DNA of 64,000 nucleotides from an uncultured delta proteobacterium (GTDB taxonomy: Bacteria > Myxococcota_A > Polyangia > Fen-1088): the NCBI GenBank assembly GCA_963737265.1, contig CAVTRY010000012.1, positions 160,001-224,000 of the forward strand. Reading direction: 5' to 3'. Each line of letters begins with the position of its first letter. Position 1 is the stretch's first letter. Position numbers and translations under genes: made by a program. Positions 45,778 through 55,279 of this stretch are shown here, in pieces. Below the pieces are notes generated by a model. It was not told the origin of the DNA and did no database searches. It was given only the letters and a program-made list of their open reading frames with translations.

Positions 45778-45838
45778 GAGGCCGCGCGACAATCCCATTT
45801 TTTCGAGACATAACCGAGCAAACGCGCCCCCTTGGCGA

Positions 45839-45854
45839 GGGCACGCATCGTGCA
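45839..45854 (+). promoter_or_regulatory. Sigma-54 promoter
   Basis: GGGCACGCATCGTGCA, GG-N10-GC. Confidence 0.65.
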
Positions 45855-45905
45855 GTTGGTTGGCTTGGCCCGATAAGCTCGCCTCGTGAGCCGGCAGGAG
45901 CGACC

Positions 45906-46348
45906 ATGACCCTACGTACCCAAGAAGACTCGAAGGACCATTCGCAAGAACACTGCAGCGTTGCGACCTGCGACTCGCACCTGCAAAATACTAGGGACCT
46001 CTACGGCGACAAGTTGGCTGCGTTGGACGGCGACATCGGTGAGGTGAAGGACTTCTATTTTGACGATAAGAATTGGGTAATTCGTTACCTCGTCGCGGGA
46101 ACGGGCCGGTGGGTCACGTCAGCGGCTTCTTGGTGGACGAGCGGAGCTGGGCGATTCGTCGACTGGTCGTCGAATCCGGACATTGGTACTCAGGGAAGGA
46201 AATCTTGATCGCTCCCGCCGACGTCGAACGCATCAGCTATGAAGAGTCGAAGGTACACGTGGATCTTTCAAAGGCGGACCTTCAGCGAACCGCGGAAAAC
46301 GATCTGGTGAAAGCGCAAACGCCTGTCGCGAAGGATTGCTGCGGTTAG
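45906..46348 (+). pseudogene. PRC-barrel protein with internal deletion and frameshift
   Basis: DGDIGEVKDFYFDDKNWVIRYLV joins out of frame near 46110 to GHVSGFLVDERSWAIRRLVV of the second barrel. Confidence 0.8.
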
Positions 46349-46448
46349 CACCAAACGGCCCCACTGGTTCAGGCCTTGCCATTCACGAGCTTGCCTTCTG
46401 CGGGCGACCGGGCGGCGCTGGGGAGCTCTATTAGTACTGCTCGGGATT

Positions 46449-47150
46449 TTGGTTGGTACCTGCGCGCTGGCGCGGCGGCCCCGAATTCCGCGCCTTCGAG
46501 CGGTCATTCTGGGTGGCAAGGGACCACCGACGATGGTGCTGCTGCACGGCTACGGCTCGTCGGAAAACGATTGGCTCCCCTTCGCAACGTCCATTCACCT
46601 TCCCGCCAGCACGCGGTTCATTTTTCCGCGCGGCCCGGAGACAGCGGCGCGGTCCGACGGGGCGCCCAACGGACGGGCCTGGTGGCATTTGGATCTGGCG
46701 CCGCACATGCGCGATGGGATCCTGGGCGCGGATCTCTCGGCGGCGAAGCCCGCGGGAATCGAAGATGCCGCCGCGGCCGTGCGCGCGCTCCTCGCCCGGC
46801 AGGGCAACCGGGCCACGCAGCCCTTCATTCTCGGAGGATTTTCGCAAGGGGCCATGGTGGCGGCCCAAGTGGCGTTTCTCTCGAACGAGCCGCTGCGTGC
46901 GCTGGTGATTCTGTCCGGAACCTTGGTCGACGAATCCCTGTGGAGCGCGAACTACGCCCGACGCAAGGGCCTGCACGTGTTCATGTCGCACGGTCGCGCG
47001 GACCCGACGTTGTCTTTCACCGTTGCGGAGCGCATGCGCAGCAAGATGGAGGGCGCCGGTATGGTGGTCACTTGGTTCCCATTCGAGGGCGGCCATGAGA
47101 TCCCCACCGAGGTCGTCGCGGCGTTGAACGACTTCCTTGCGCGACTGTGA
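46449..47150 (+). CDS. Phospholipase/carboxylesterase (alpha/beta hydrolase)
   Basis: LLHGYG, GFSQG, HGRADP and GGHEIP. The start is unclear and may be 5' truncated. Confidence 0.85.
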   Translation: MVGTCALARRPRIPRLRAVILGGKGPPTMVLLHGYGSSENDWLPFATSIHLPASTRFIFPRGPETAARSDGAPNGRAWWHLDLAPHMRDGILGADLSAAKPAGIEDAAAAVRALLARQGNRATQPFILGGFSQGAMVAAQVAFLSNEPLRALVILSGTLVDESLWSANYARRKGLHVFMSHGRADPTLSFTVAERMRSKMEGAGMVVTWFPFEGGHEIPTEVVAALNDFLARL

Positions 47151-47167
47151 GTGCCAAGGAGCTCGTC

Positions 47168-47778
47168 TCAGATGATGTTGAGACGGCGAAATGCCGGAAC
47201 TTTGATCAAATCCAACAACAAACTGAATGCAACCGTGACCGCAAGGAGGACAGCCACCACGGCAACCGGGAGGGGTTTCATCAGAATTCCGCGCGTGGCG
47301 AGGATGGCGATAATCAGAAGGTCGGCAGCGGATCCGACCATCAGCCAGGTGCTCGGGCGCGAGCTCCAGATGTGCCGGCGCTCGCGGACGACGTAGAGAA
47401 TAGCCTGCCCGCTGAAGACCAGCGTCACAATGGACAATGTCTGCAGCGTCTCGATGCCAAAGCCCAGGGCATATTTCCCAACGGTCAAAACGCCGGTGCA
47501 AAAGGCCAGGTCGAAGACGCCGAGAAAGATGCCACCGGCGGTAATGCTTCCCGCGTGCCAGACATTGGGTGTCGGCGACGCGCGCACATTGTCTGTCGTC
47601 GCCAGCATGGACAGAAAGTCACCCGTAATCATCGCGATTACCAGCAACAGCGGGGTAAGGACGGCGTGCCCGGTGATGAGAATCCCGGCCAGCAGAAACA
47701 GAGCCCCCAAGAATTTGTGGGTGACGGACTTCAGGATATAGGTCAGTCAGTCCGGATATCGCGGTCGTCTCGGCCATC
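47168..47778 (-). pseudogene. Plasma-membrane H+ P-type ATPase remnant
   Basis: N-terminal MAETTAISGLT joins out of frame to LTYILKSVTHK..GDFLSM..TDNV..P..W and the C-terminal TM helices. The catalytic core (DKTGT) is absent. Confidence 0.8.
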
Positions 47779-47790
47779 GTGTCGGGTCCC

Positions 47791-47806
47791 AGCAAAATCC
47801 GGGCCA
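47791..47806 (-). promoter_or_regulatory. Sigma-54 promoter
   Basis: TGGCCCGGATTTTGCT on the minus strand. Confidence 0.7.
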
Positions 47807-47866
47807 GCGCAGGATGCGCTGGGGTCCTCGACTGCCCTAGCGAACACATCCAAAAACCGATCGACT

Positions 47867-47900
47867 CAATCGAACCGAAGTACTGTTCCATTCAATTCGA
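47867..47900 (-). promoter_or_regulatory. Bipartite enhancer-like motif, copy 2
   Basis: Minus strand TCGAATTGA-N10-ACTTCGGTTCGATTG, between divergent sigma-54 promoters. Confidence 0.65.
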
Positions 47901-47964
47901 AGGTAATCCAAACTTGCGCTGTTGCCGGAGACGCGGTAACGCCGATTGTCGGACGAGTCGAACT

Positions 47965-47980
47965 TGGCGCGCGGGTTGCA
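47965..47980 (+). promoter_or_regulatory. Sigma-54 promoter
   Basis: TGGCGCGCGGGTTGCA. Confidence 0.65.
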
Positions 47981-48054
47981 GTCAACAAGGTGCGACGAAT
48001 ATGAGGAATGTAGCCGCAGGCACTCACGGTTGAGCCGTGCGAGCGGGTGAACGC

Positions 48055-49440
48055 ATGATTCGCGCTCGACTGATCTTCGTTGGTCTAATCGTGGTTTCGG
48101 GTGCCGCCGTGCCTACGCCGGCCGCGGCCCGAATGGTGGTCGATCGCGTCGTGGTTCGCGGTACAGCGAAGGTCACAACGCGGGTGCTGACGACGCGCAT
48201 GCAATTGCATCCAGGAGACACCGTGGATTTTACAGTGCTCAGCGCCGCCGAGCAGCGTTTGGTCGAAAGCGACCTGTTCACCAAGGTTCGTGTCTTTATC
48301 GACCTGCCCACGCCCGAGGCAGTACGCCGCATGTATCTAGACGATACGAGCTACCCTGTCGACGTGGTCGTGGAGGCCGCGGGCAAACAGGCATGGTTCG
48401 TATTTCCCACCGCCAGCTTCGGCAGCGGCGACTGGGCCGGTGGCGCCGTCTACGCAAATCAGAACCTCATCGGCCGCGACGTACAACTGGTCGGCGCCGG
48501 GCAAATAGGCGAGTCATTGAGCTACGTCTTCGCCGGGTATCGGGACCCACTCGTGGTGGGCGTCCCGCTCACCTATTCGCTTAGCGCACTCTACCGACGC
48601 GAGCAGGTCATCTTTTTCGCGAACCACGCCTTGGACATGCAGGTGCCAACGACCGTGGCGGGTGGCGATTGCCAGATCGGCTGGGTACTATCGCCGCACA
48701 CGCGAGCCTTCCTTGGCTTGTCGGCGCGCTACCAGGCAGTCCGTCCTGTCGAAGGGCTGGCGCCCGATGCGGTGCCGTTGCCCTACAATTCTCGCGCCGG
48801 CCGCATTTTCCTCTTGCAGTTCCAGTTCCAGTACGATGACACGCACGCCGAGGAAGGGCTCCGACAAGGTATTCTTGCGCTCATCAAGAACGAGGTGTCG
48901 GACCGCTATTGGCTGTCGGACTTCGATTATTCGAAGTTTGAGTCGCGAGTGGAGCTCTATGGCCGTTACCGGTGGAACTATCCTTCTCTCATGTTGAAAT
49001 CGATCCTCAACTACCCGACCTCGGACCATGGGGTTCCCGTAACGGAGATGCTCCGCATCGGCGGGCCGAGCCTGCGCGGCTACCTCTTCAACGAATTCCA
49101 CGGCGACACCTTGGTCCTCGCGCAGGCCGAGGATCAGGCGGTGGCTCTGCGCCTTCGGCTGCCGTGGACCCAGGTGCGCTTCAACGTGGCGGCGGCACTC
49201 TTCATCGATGCCGCAACCCTCCTCGATCGTCACCCTGGTGGCACCACGGTCCCGACCCTCGACAGTCCTGCCCCCCCAGTGCGCTCCAAGCTCGACGACA
49301 TCCACGCCAGCTTCGGCGGCGGGCTGCGTATTATTCTGCCTGGTGTTGTGATTCCGGCCCTCAAGATCGACGTGGGTTACGGCATCGATGTGCGCGATAT
49401 TGCCGTGACGGCTTCGATCGCGGGCGGCGGGCTTCTGTAG
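48055..49440 (+). CDS. BamA/TamA (Omp85) family protein
   Basis: Signal peptide, one POTRA domain, NLIG, IGG.SLRGY...F.GD and FGGGLR. Confidence 0.82.
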   Translation: MIRARLIFVGLIVVSGAAVPTPAAARMVVDRVVVRGTAKVTTRVLTTRMQLHPGDTVDFTVLSAAEQRLVESDLFTKVRVFIDLPTPEAVRRMYLDDTSYPVDVVVEAAGKQAWFVFPTASFGSGDWAGGAVYANQNLIGRDVQLVGAGQIGESLSYVFAGYRDPLVVGVPLTYSLSALYRREQVIFFANHALDMQVPTTVAGGDCQIGWVLSPHTRAFLGLSARYQAVRPVEGLAPDAVPLPYNSRAGRIFLLQFQFQYDDTHAEEGLRQGILALIKNEVSDRYWLSDFDYSKFESRVELYGRYRWNYPSLMLKSILNYPTSDHGVPVTEMLRIGGPSLRGYLFNEFHGDTLVLAQAEDQAVALRLRLPWTQVRFNVAAALFIDAATLLDRHPGGTTVPTLDSPAPPVRSKLDDIHASFGGGLRIILPGVVIPALKIDVGYGIDVRDIAVTASIAGGGLL

Positions 49441-49456
49441 CCGCGGCACGCGCCCC

Positions 49457-49472
49457 TGGCACGGCCGATGCT
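49457..49472 (+). promoter_or_regulatory. Sigma-54 promoter
   Basis: TGGCACGGCCGATGCT. Confidence 0.7.
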
Positions 49473-49486
49473 TAATTGACGCCCAT

Positions 49487-50599
49487 ATGAAGGCTTCACT
49501 CGAGCGATCTGGGAACGTGGCTGAACCATCGGATCCATCAAAGGACATCTCAGATGCAACCCCTGGCGCCCTCCGCTGGGGCGGGATACTCTTTACCGTC
49601 GCTGCCGGGCTCATGATTTGGCCACTGTGGCAGCCCCTCGTCCTGGCGACCTGGTTCGCAATTTTCGCCCGTCCGCTGATGGGCAAGGTCACGCGCGTCA
49701 CTCGCGGCCGGCACCGAGCGGCGGCGGTACTGACGCTACTGCTTCTCCTCCTCGTCCTCGTGCCCCTCGGCCTGTTCGTGGCGGCAATAGTGTCCGCCGC
49801 GACCGAGCTGTTCGCGACGTTGCTCAAATCAAAGGGCGGCAAAGATGCCTTCCAGGCGCTGGTATCCAGTACCGCCGGCGGTCACCACCGATTTGGATTG
49901 AGCGACTTCGTTGGACTGACCAAACAGTACGGCGAGCGAGCGGTTGGTCTCGCGGCAAGCATCGCCGGGGCCACCGTCACCGGAATCCTTGGCGTCTTCG
50001 TCTTCGTGCTCGCGGCCTACACCTTCCTCGCCGAGGGGAGAAAGGCATACGCCTGGGTCGAGGACCACCTGCCCATCGCCCCGCGGCACTTTCGCCGTTA
50101 CGGCATCGCCTTCGCCGAAACCGGCCGCGGTCTCGCGGTGGGCGTCGGCCTTACCAGCGTCGTTCAGGGTGTCAGCGCGACGGTGGCCTACTTGGCGCTC
50201 GGCATCCCGCGGGCCTTCGTACTCGGCGTCCTCACCGCCTTCGCTTCGCTCATCCCATCGGTGGGAACGGCGCTTGTATGGATCCCGGTGGCCGTGGGTC
50301 TGGCAATCACAGACCGCTGGGGCCACGCCGCCATCATGACCGCCGTCGGTGTGTTAGTCATCAGCCTCGCCGACAACCTCTTACGCCCGCTGCTATCGCG
50401 CCACGGCAGCGTTCAGCTCCCCACGTTCGTCTTACTCGTGGCCATGTTCGGTGGCCTAGCGACCGTGGGCGCCTGGGGCCTTATCCTAGGCCCCTTGCTC
50501 GTACGACTGGCGGTGGAGGCCGTGTCCATCGAACGCGACAATCGGGTGGCGCTTGCGAAAGCGGCTTGCCCCCCGCCCGACCCCGGACCAGGCACCTGA
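49487..50599 (+). CDS. AI-2E family transporter
   Basis: QG, IPSVGTALVWIP, DNLLRP and GG...G..GLILGP motifs. Start may be GTG at 49517. Confidence 0.9.
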   Translation: MKASLERSGNVAEPSDPSKDISDATPGALRWGGILFTVAAGLMIWPLWQPLVLATWFAIFARPLMGKVTRVTRGRHRAAAVLTLLLLLLVLVPLGLFVAAIVSAATELFATLLKSKGGKDAFQALVSSTAGGHHRFGLSDFVGLTKQYGERAVGLAASIAGATVTGILGVFVFVLAAYTFLAEGRKAYAWVEDHLPIAPRHFRRYGIAFAETGRGLAVGVGLTSVVQGVSATVAYLALGIPRAFVLGVLTAFASLIPSVGTALVWIPVAVGLAITDRWGHAAIMTAVGVLVISLADNLLRPLLSRHGSVQLPTFVLLVAMFGGLATVGAWGLILGPLLVRLAVEAVSIERDNRVALAKAACPPPDPGPGT

Positions 50600-50616
50600 A
50601 CACGACGGGACACCGC

Positions 50617-50650
50617 TCGAATTGAAAGGCATGGCACTTCATTTTGATTG
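50617..50650 (+). promoter_or_regulatory. Bipartite enhancer-like motif, copy 3
   Basis: TCGAATTGA-N10-ACTTCATTTTGATTG. Confidence 0.72.
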
Positions 50651-50713
50651 AGTCGTCCAGGATTTAGACACGCTTCCATCGGCAAGTGCCTGAAACTATT
50701 CGCGTCCCGTTGG

Positions 50714-50729
50714 TGGCGCGAAAGCTGCT
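50714..50729 (+). promoter_or_regulatory. Sigma-54 promoter
   Basis: TGGCGCGAAAGCTGCT. Confidence 0.6.
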
Positions 50730-50761
50730 GTAGCTGTGTTCGAATCTTTAATGTGACACAT

Positions 50762-51376
50762 ATGAAATTCGCGGTCCCGACGGCGGCATTGATCATTCTT
50801 CTTGGTACCACCGCTTCCTCCTACGCGCGGCAAGAAGGGAGACAGGAAGCGGGACAGGGCGAACATCAGCAGCAGGGCCGGCCAGCGCAGCAGCAGAGCC
50901 GGCCAGCGCAGCAGCAACAAAGGCCAACGCAGCAGCAACAAAGGCCAGCCCAGCAGCAACAAAGGCCACAACCGCAGCAGCGGCAAGCCAGGCCCGAAGC
51001 GCGGCAACAAGCGCCACGGGCCATTCCGGCACAACAACATGCAGAGCAGGCCCGTTTTCGGCAGCCGCAGGGAGGCCCAGCCAATCGTGGGCAACAGTCG
51101 CGGCCCATGGATGGACGCAGAAATGGCCATGAACACGGTCGTATTTCCAACGACCATTACGCCGCCCGATTTGGCCGAGAACACAGCTTTCACGTTCATC
51201 GAGGCGACTACGATCATCGGCGCTTTCGCTATGGCGGCTACACCTTTGGCTTCGTCGAACCCTGGCCAATCGGTTGGGGCTATTCGGACGACGTTTACGT
51301 CGAATACGACGATGGCGGCTATTACATGTACAACCGTTTTCACCCCGGTATGCGCATCTCAATCGACATGCTTTAA
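50762..51376 (+). CDS. Secreted Gln/Arg-rich protein with aromatic C-terminal domain
   Basis: Signal peptide, (QQQQRPA)n 21-bp tandem repeats at about 50870-50980, and FRYGGYTF..WP.GW..DDVYV. Confidence 0.75.
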   Translation: MKFAVPTAALIILLGTTASSYARQEGRQEAGQGEHQQQGRPAQQQSRPAQQQQRPTQQQQRPAQQQQRPQPQQRQARPEARQQAPRAIPAQQHAEQARFRQPQGGPANRGQQSRPMDGRRNGHEHGRISNDHYAARFGREHSFHVHRGDYDHRRFRYGGYTFGFVEPWPIGWGYSDDVYVEYDDGGYYMYNRFHPGMRISIDML

Positions 51377-51386
51377 TAGAGTAGCA

Positions 51387-52160
51387 ATGATCGGGTCCAA
51401 GTCGGATGCACTAACAGGATGCGACCTGCTGCATGGCTTGGTCTTCGGGGCGAAAACCAACCTGGAGATTCTGGACCTTTTGGACGCCACGTTGGCCGCC
51501 TCGAATGACTTCCAGCAGGCGGCTTTTGAGCTGACGGGTTTGACCGTACCCGAGGAAGCCGCCCGCGTCACGCTCGAGTCTCTCGCCGCACATCATCGGA
51601 ATCTCTGTGGGAGCCTGAAGATGCCAATCGGAATCCGCACCGCTGCGCTGGACTTGGCCGACCGCCTCGAAAGCTCTCTGCGTGAACAGGGGGTCGTGCG
51701 GGAACGCTCCCGCGAAGACATGGTTCAGATGGCCTTTGTCGACTATCTGACCGGATTGCCCAATTTCCGCAGCCTTTCTGAACGTTTTGCAAACGAGATC
51801 AAGCGGGCCACGCGCTACGGCCGTCTGCTATCCCTGATTATGTTCGATTTGGACGGCTTCAAGGAGATCAATGACCGTTTCGGCCATCTCGTGGGCAACG
51901 CGGCGCTAAAGCACGTGGCCGGTCTACTGCGCGACTTCGTGAGGGAAACCGACCTAGCCGGGCGTTACGGCGGCGACGAATTCATGATCCTCTTGCCCGA
52001 GACCCCCAAACACGTTGCAGAGGGCCTGGCGGTGAAGATTCGGGCCTTGGTCTCTGCGTCGCCTTTGCGTTGGGAGGAATACGACCCAATTCCCTTGACA
52101 ATTAGGTGTTGTTGGTTCCCCGTCACAGCAGGAAACGTGCCGCGCCCATCCGCGCCGTGA
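51387..52160 (+). pseudogene. GGDEF diguanylate cyclase, C-terminally truncated
   Basis: DYLTGLPNFR, DLDGFKEINDRFGH..G, RETD I-site and RYGGDEF are present. Similarity breaks after PLTI, so the SIGVA..ADxALYxAK segment is missing. Confidence 0.75.
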
Positions 52161-52312
52161 GACAGCCGGTATTCGGCCAACGATGGTTGCAGCACAGCGC
52201 GCTCGCTCGTTAATCTAACTGGCAGGGCGCTGGCCCGCATCGCCGCGGTGACGCTCAACTCCAATACCATCGTCAAGCCTTTGCCCTGAGAAGTTGCCAG
52301 GAAGATTCCATT

Positions 52313-52526
52313 GGCGCAGCCGCGCTGGCCATGGTTCTTGAGTTCTGGGGACTGCCAATCACCCGCGACAACATTGAAGTCGCCGCGCCGCCCGCGGGAG
52401 GCATCAGAGCGGATGCACTGCGCGACATTGCCCGCCGCCGCGGCATGCAGGCGTTCCTTATCCAGGGCCAACTCGACGATCTTCAACGGGAGCTTCACTT
52501 GCGTCGCCCCGTTCTGGTCGGCCTGA
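52313..52526 (+). pseudogene. C39 peptidase-like fragment
   Basis: GAAALAMVLEFWG..LRDIARRRG.QAF..L...RPVLVGL. The catalytic Cys and downstream His segments are absent. Confidence 0.6.
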
Positions 52527-52680
52527 ACAGGACCGCCAAACCAGAACGATCTCGATGCCCCAGTGGGCCGTCTCGTCGCGCATGGTCATCTGCAGATCCG
52601 TGTTGATCTTTCCCCGTTCGCTGTTGGCGGATTTCAGCGTCAGCTCGAGTTGACCGGCACGGCCGAGCGCGCTGGGTCCA

Positions 52681-52713
52681 TCGAATTGAATGAAAGGTAC
52701 TTCATCTTGATTG
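52681..52713 (+). promoter_or_regulatory. Bipartite enhancer-like motif, copy 4
   Basis: TCGAATTGA-N9-ACTTCATCTTGATTG. Confidence 0.7.
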
Positions 52714-52774
52714 AAGAATGTGAGGCACGGGAGCCGCCGTGGATGCAAGTGTTTGAACTCACGCGTATAGCTGC

Positions 52775-52790
52775 TGGCCCGAATGCTGCA
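52775..52790 (+). promoter_or_regulatory. Sigma-54 promoter
   Basis: TGGCCCGAATGCTGCA. Confidence 0.6.
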
Positions 52791-52891
52791 GCAGCCGACC
52801 CTCAAGACGAACGAGGACCGGGTCGAATTGACCGGCGGCATGAACGCGATTAACCGGATTTGCAGTTCCAACAACGAAAGGGAGAATTCCA

Positions 52892-53182
52892 ATGGAGTCA
52901 ACAGGACAAGAGGTAGGAAAGATCGAAACACGCCTGCGACAGCTGGGCGCGAAGCTCGATAGGTTGGTGGCCAAGGCTGAGGAAGCGGGCAGCGAGGCCA
53001 AGGTCGACTATCGCAAGAGTATCGACCACGTCAAGGACAAGCACGCCATCGTGCAGGGTAAGCTTGATGCCTACAAGGCCGCCAACGGGCAGAAGTGGGA
53101 CCATTTCAAGGGCGGGGTCGAGACCGCCTGGCACGACCTCGAGGACGCCTTCAAGGCCATAAGCAATAGCGACTCGCCCTGA
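52892..53182 (+). CDS. Small coiled-coil protein (Sll1863-like stress protein)
   Basis: GGGAG SD, LRQLGAKLD.L.AKA and W..FKGGVE.AW.DL..AF. Confidence 0.8.
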   Translation: MESTGQEVGKIETRLRQLGAKLDRLVAKAEEAGSEAKVDYRKSIDHVKDKHAIVQGKLDAYKAANGQKWDHFKGGVETAWHDLEDAFKAISNSDSP

Positions 53183-53202
53183 GGCTGCCGTGGCGAGACG
53201 AG

Positions 53203-53388
53203 ATGATGGCGCATCCTCACAGCGACGCGGTGCCGCGCATCCGCGTCCTGGCCGCCGTGATTGAGCGGCAAGGGCGATACCTCATTACGCAGCGAAGCTC
53301 GGCGGCTGTGCTCGCCGGTTTGTGGGAGTTCCCCAACTGCAAGGTCGAGATGGCGGCAAGAGCCAGCCAGGGTCAGCGGCCGTCGTGA
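53203..53388 (+). pseudogene. MutT/Nudix N-terminal fragment
   Basis: IRVLAAVIER.GRYLITQR..LAGLWEFP..KVE, then similarity ends before RExxEE. Confidence 0.7.
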
Positions 53389-53472
53389 TGGTCATCGTCG
53401 CGACCGTGGTCGCGTCCGCGCTCGTCGTGAGCTCCATGCCCCTCTTGCCGATAGTGGCCGTCGTCCCGTCTG

Positions 53473-54018
53473 TTAGAAATACGCTCGCACGCCCAGGCCC
53501 ACGTCGATGGTGAAGTCGAGCGGCGGCACGATGACGATTGCGGGCGCAATTTCGAGATAGGCTTCAAGGAAGTCGGGGCGTCGGAAGGTAACAGCAATCC
53601 CGAGCGGGACACGGGCGAGAATCACGACGTCATGGCCGAGGTTGTTCGATCCGTAGGCCGTCGTGATCAATCGGCCGCCAAAACCCGCGTACCAATCGAG
53701 ACGGTTCGTCCGGTTGAGGATGTTCTCTTCGTACAGGTAGTCGGCGTGAAAACTGAAGTCGTGATTGACGTCCCCGCAACGGTACGAGTGGCCATTAGCA
53801 TCCGTGCACCAGTCGTAACCCCAGCCGCCGAACCCGAGCCCAAAGTCGAAGGCGTGTGCCCCCCCGACAAAGATCTTTGCCGTGAGGGCTGTCGGCTCGC
53901 CGATCTGGAAGCCGATCCCCACCGTGCGGGTGGTGCCAACCTCGGTTGCCCGCGCACGACTTGCGTTAACGAAGACGATTGCGACAGCCGACAACGCGAC
54001 GAAAGCAAGACGCTTCAT
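53473..54018 (-). CDS. Small outer-membrane beta-barrel-like secreted protein
   Basis: Signal peptide, GIGFQIGEPTALTAK, HADYL, RVPLG and terminal GVRAYF. Confidence 0.75.
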   Translation of the reverse strand: MKRLAFVALSAVAIVFVNASRARATEVGTTRTVGIGFQIGEPTALTAKIFVGGAHAFDFGLGFGGWGYDWCTDANGHSYRCGDVNHDFSFHADYLYEENILNRTNRLDWYAGFGGRLITTAYGSNNLGHDVVILARVPLGIAVTFRRPDFLEAYLEIAPAIVIVPPLDFTIDVGLGVRAYF

Positions 54019-54145
54019 TGGCGAAATTCCAAAACATTCTTTGACTCGACCTGCAAGCTCCGGTGGCGATCTTCGATTCATCCTTGACTCCGAATAGATT
54101 GGTTGGGTGGAGAACATCCATTCCTGTTCCTCCGCAGTTGGCTAC

Positions 54146-54161
54146 AGCACCTTTCGAGCCA
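54146..54161 (-). promoter_or_regulatory. Sigma-54 promoter
   Basis: TGGCTCGAAAGGTGCT on the minus strand. Confidence 0.6.
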
Positions 54162-54245
54162 CCTATGAGAGTAAATGGTTTCAATGAGTTACGCTGCACA
54201 GGCGTCTCGGAAGCCCGTCCATTCCGCCAGAACGACGTTGCATCT

Positions 54246-54260
54246 CCATCAATTTGAAGT
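54246..54260 (-). promoter_or_regulatory. Enhancer-like motif, copy 5 (second box only clear)
   Basis: Minus strand ACTTCAAATTGATGG. Confidence 0.45.
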
Positions 54261-54369
54261 GTCAATCCAGATCGACGTTCGACGCTGTGCCGTCACAGGG
54301 CGCGCCGTCAATTTGGTTGGGGCCGTTCGTTCGCTTCGAATGACTTTGACGCCGCGAGCCCTGCTTGGA

Positions 54370-54978
54370 TCACAGGGGCTTCGGGGAAGTCTCCAACAGC
54401 TGAGGCGCCACGGCCGGGACGTCCTTCGGCAGGTCGCTTCGCCACGCCAAGACCGCCGCGATCATGTCGATGAGACCCATGGTCAGGAACAGGGTCTTGA
54501 AGGAAAAGTAGGCCACCACGACCCCGCCGACGAGCGCCGCCGCGCCCGCGACCAGGTGGGTTCCGCCGGCCCATATCGACCAGTGCTTGGCCGACGATTC
54601 CTCGATGTCGTCGGTGAAGAGAGCATCCCAGGCTGGCTCGATGAGGCCGGTTGCCAGCCCAGCGACCACCTGCGCCGCGAAGAGCTGCCAACGGTTTTGC
54701 ACCAAAATATACGACACGTCGCAACAGGCGGACACGAAAAAGCCAAGCACCAGGAATGACTTGACGTGCCGTTGGAAATACGGCCGCGTTCCCACCAGAC
54801 TGATGAATGCGCCGGTAGCCATGGAGAAGGTGGCAAAGGCGATACCGGCATCTAGGATGCTGCCTCCCACGCTCTCGGTGAAGGCAGCGTACATCGGCAC
54901 CAACATCGACTCGGCGAAGGTGGTGAGAAAGCTGATGCTGACGAGCAGCCGCCGTCGCCGAGAGAGGAATTTCAGCAT
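54370..54978 (-). CDS. Half-size (6-TM) MFS transporter-like protein
   Basis: 202 aa with six hydrophobic helices. VGGSILDAG and PAWDALF motifs. Confidence 0.7.
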   Translation of the reverse strand: MLKFLSRRRRLLVSISFLTTFAESMLVPMYAAFTESVGGSILDAGIAFATFSMATGAFISLVGTRPYFQRHVKSFLVLGFFVSACCDVSYILVQNRWQLFAAQVVAGLATGLIEPAWDALFTDDIEESSAKHWSIWAGGTHLVAGAAALVGGVVVAYFSFKTLFLTMGLIDMIAAVLAWRSDLPKDVPAVAPQLLETSPKPL

Positions 54979-55104
54979 CGGATGACCCCAAGCAGGATGA
55001 GTGTCATGGGTGGTATGCGTCCGGTTTCCAGCATTTCGTATCCGGAGCGATTGTAATCGATTCCGATGGGTTTCGCCGAGAGAAAGGAACCCGTTCGAGT
55101 GAGT

Positions 55105-55120
55105 TGGCACGAACGTCGCA
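55105..55120 (+). promoter_or_regulatory. Sigma-54 promoter
   Basis: TGGCACGAACGTCGCA. Confidence 0.6.
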
Positions 55121-55279
55121 TCTTGACGGCCGAAGACCTTGCTAAACCCGGTCGATAGTGTCCTGGCGCCGCCTCGCACGGCGGTTTCCTCGCGGGCGAA
55201 CGCCCGGCCCGTGACACCGGAAAGCGACCGCCGGCCGCCGCGTCGCCGGGGCTCCTGCTGTTTCTCGCCTCACGCAATC

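Noticed and set aside
50802-52160. 452-aa ORF suggesting a repeat-GGDEF fusion
   Set aside because: The 5' half is an alternative frame of the 50762-51376 gene. The GGDEF gene likely starts at 51387.
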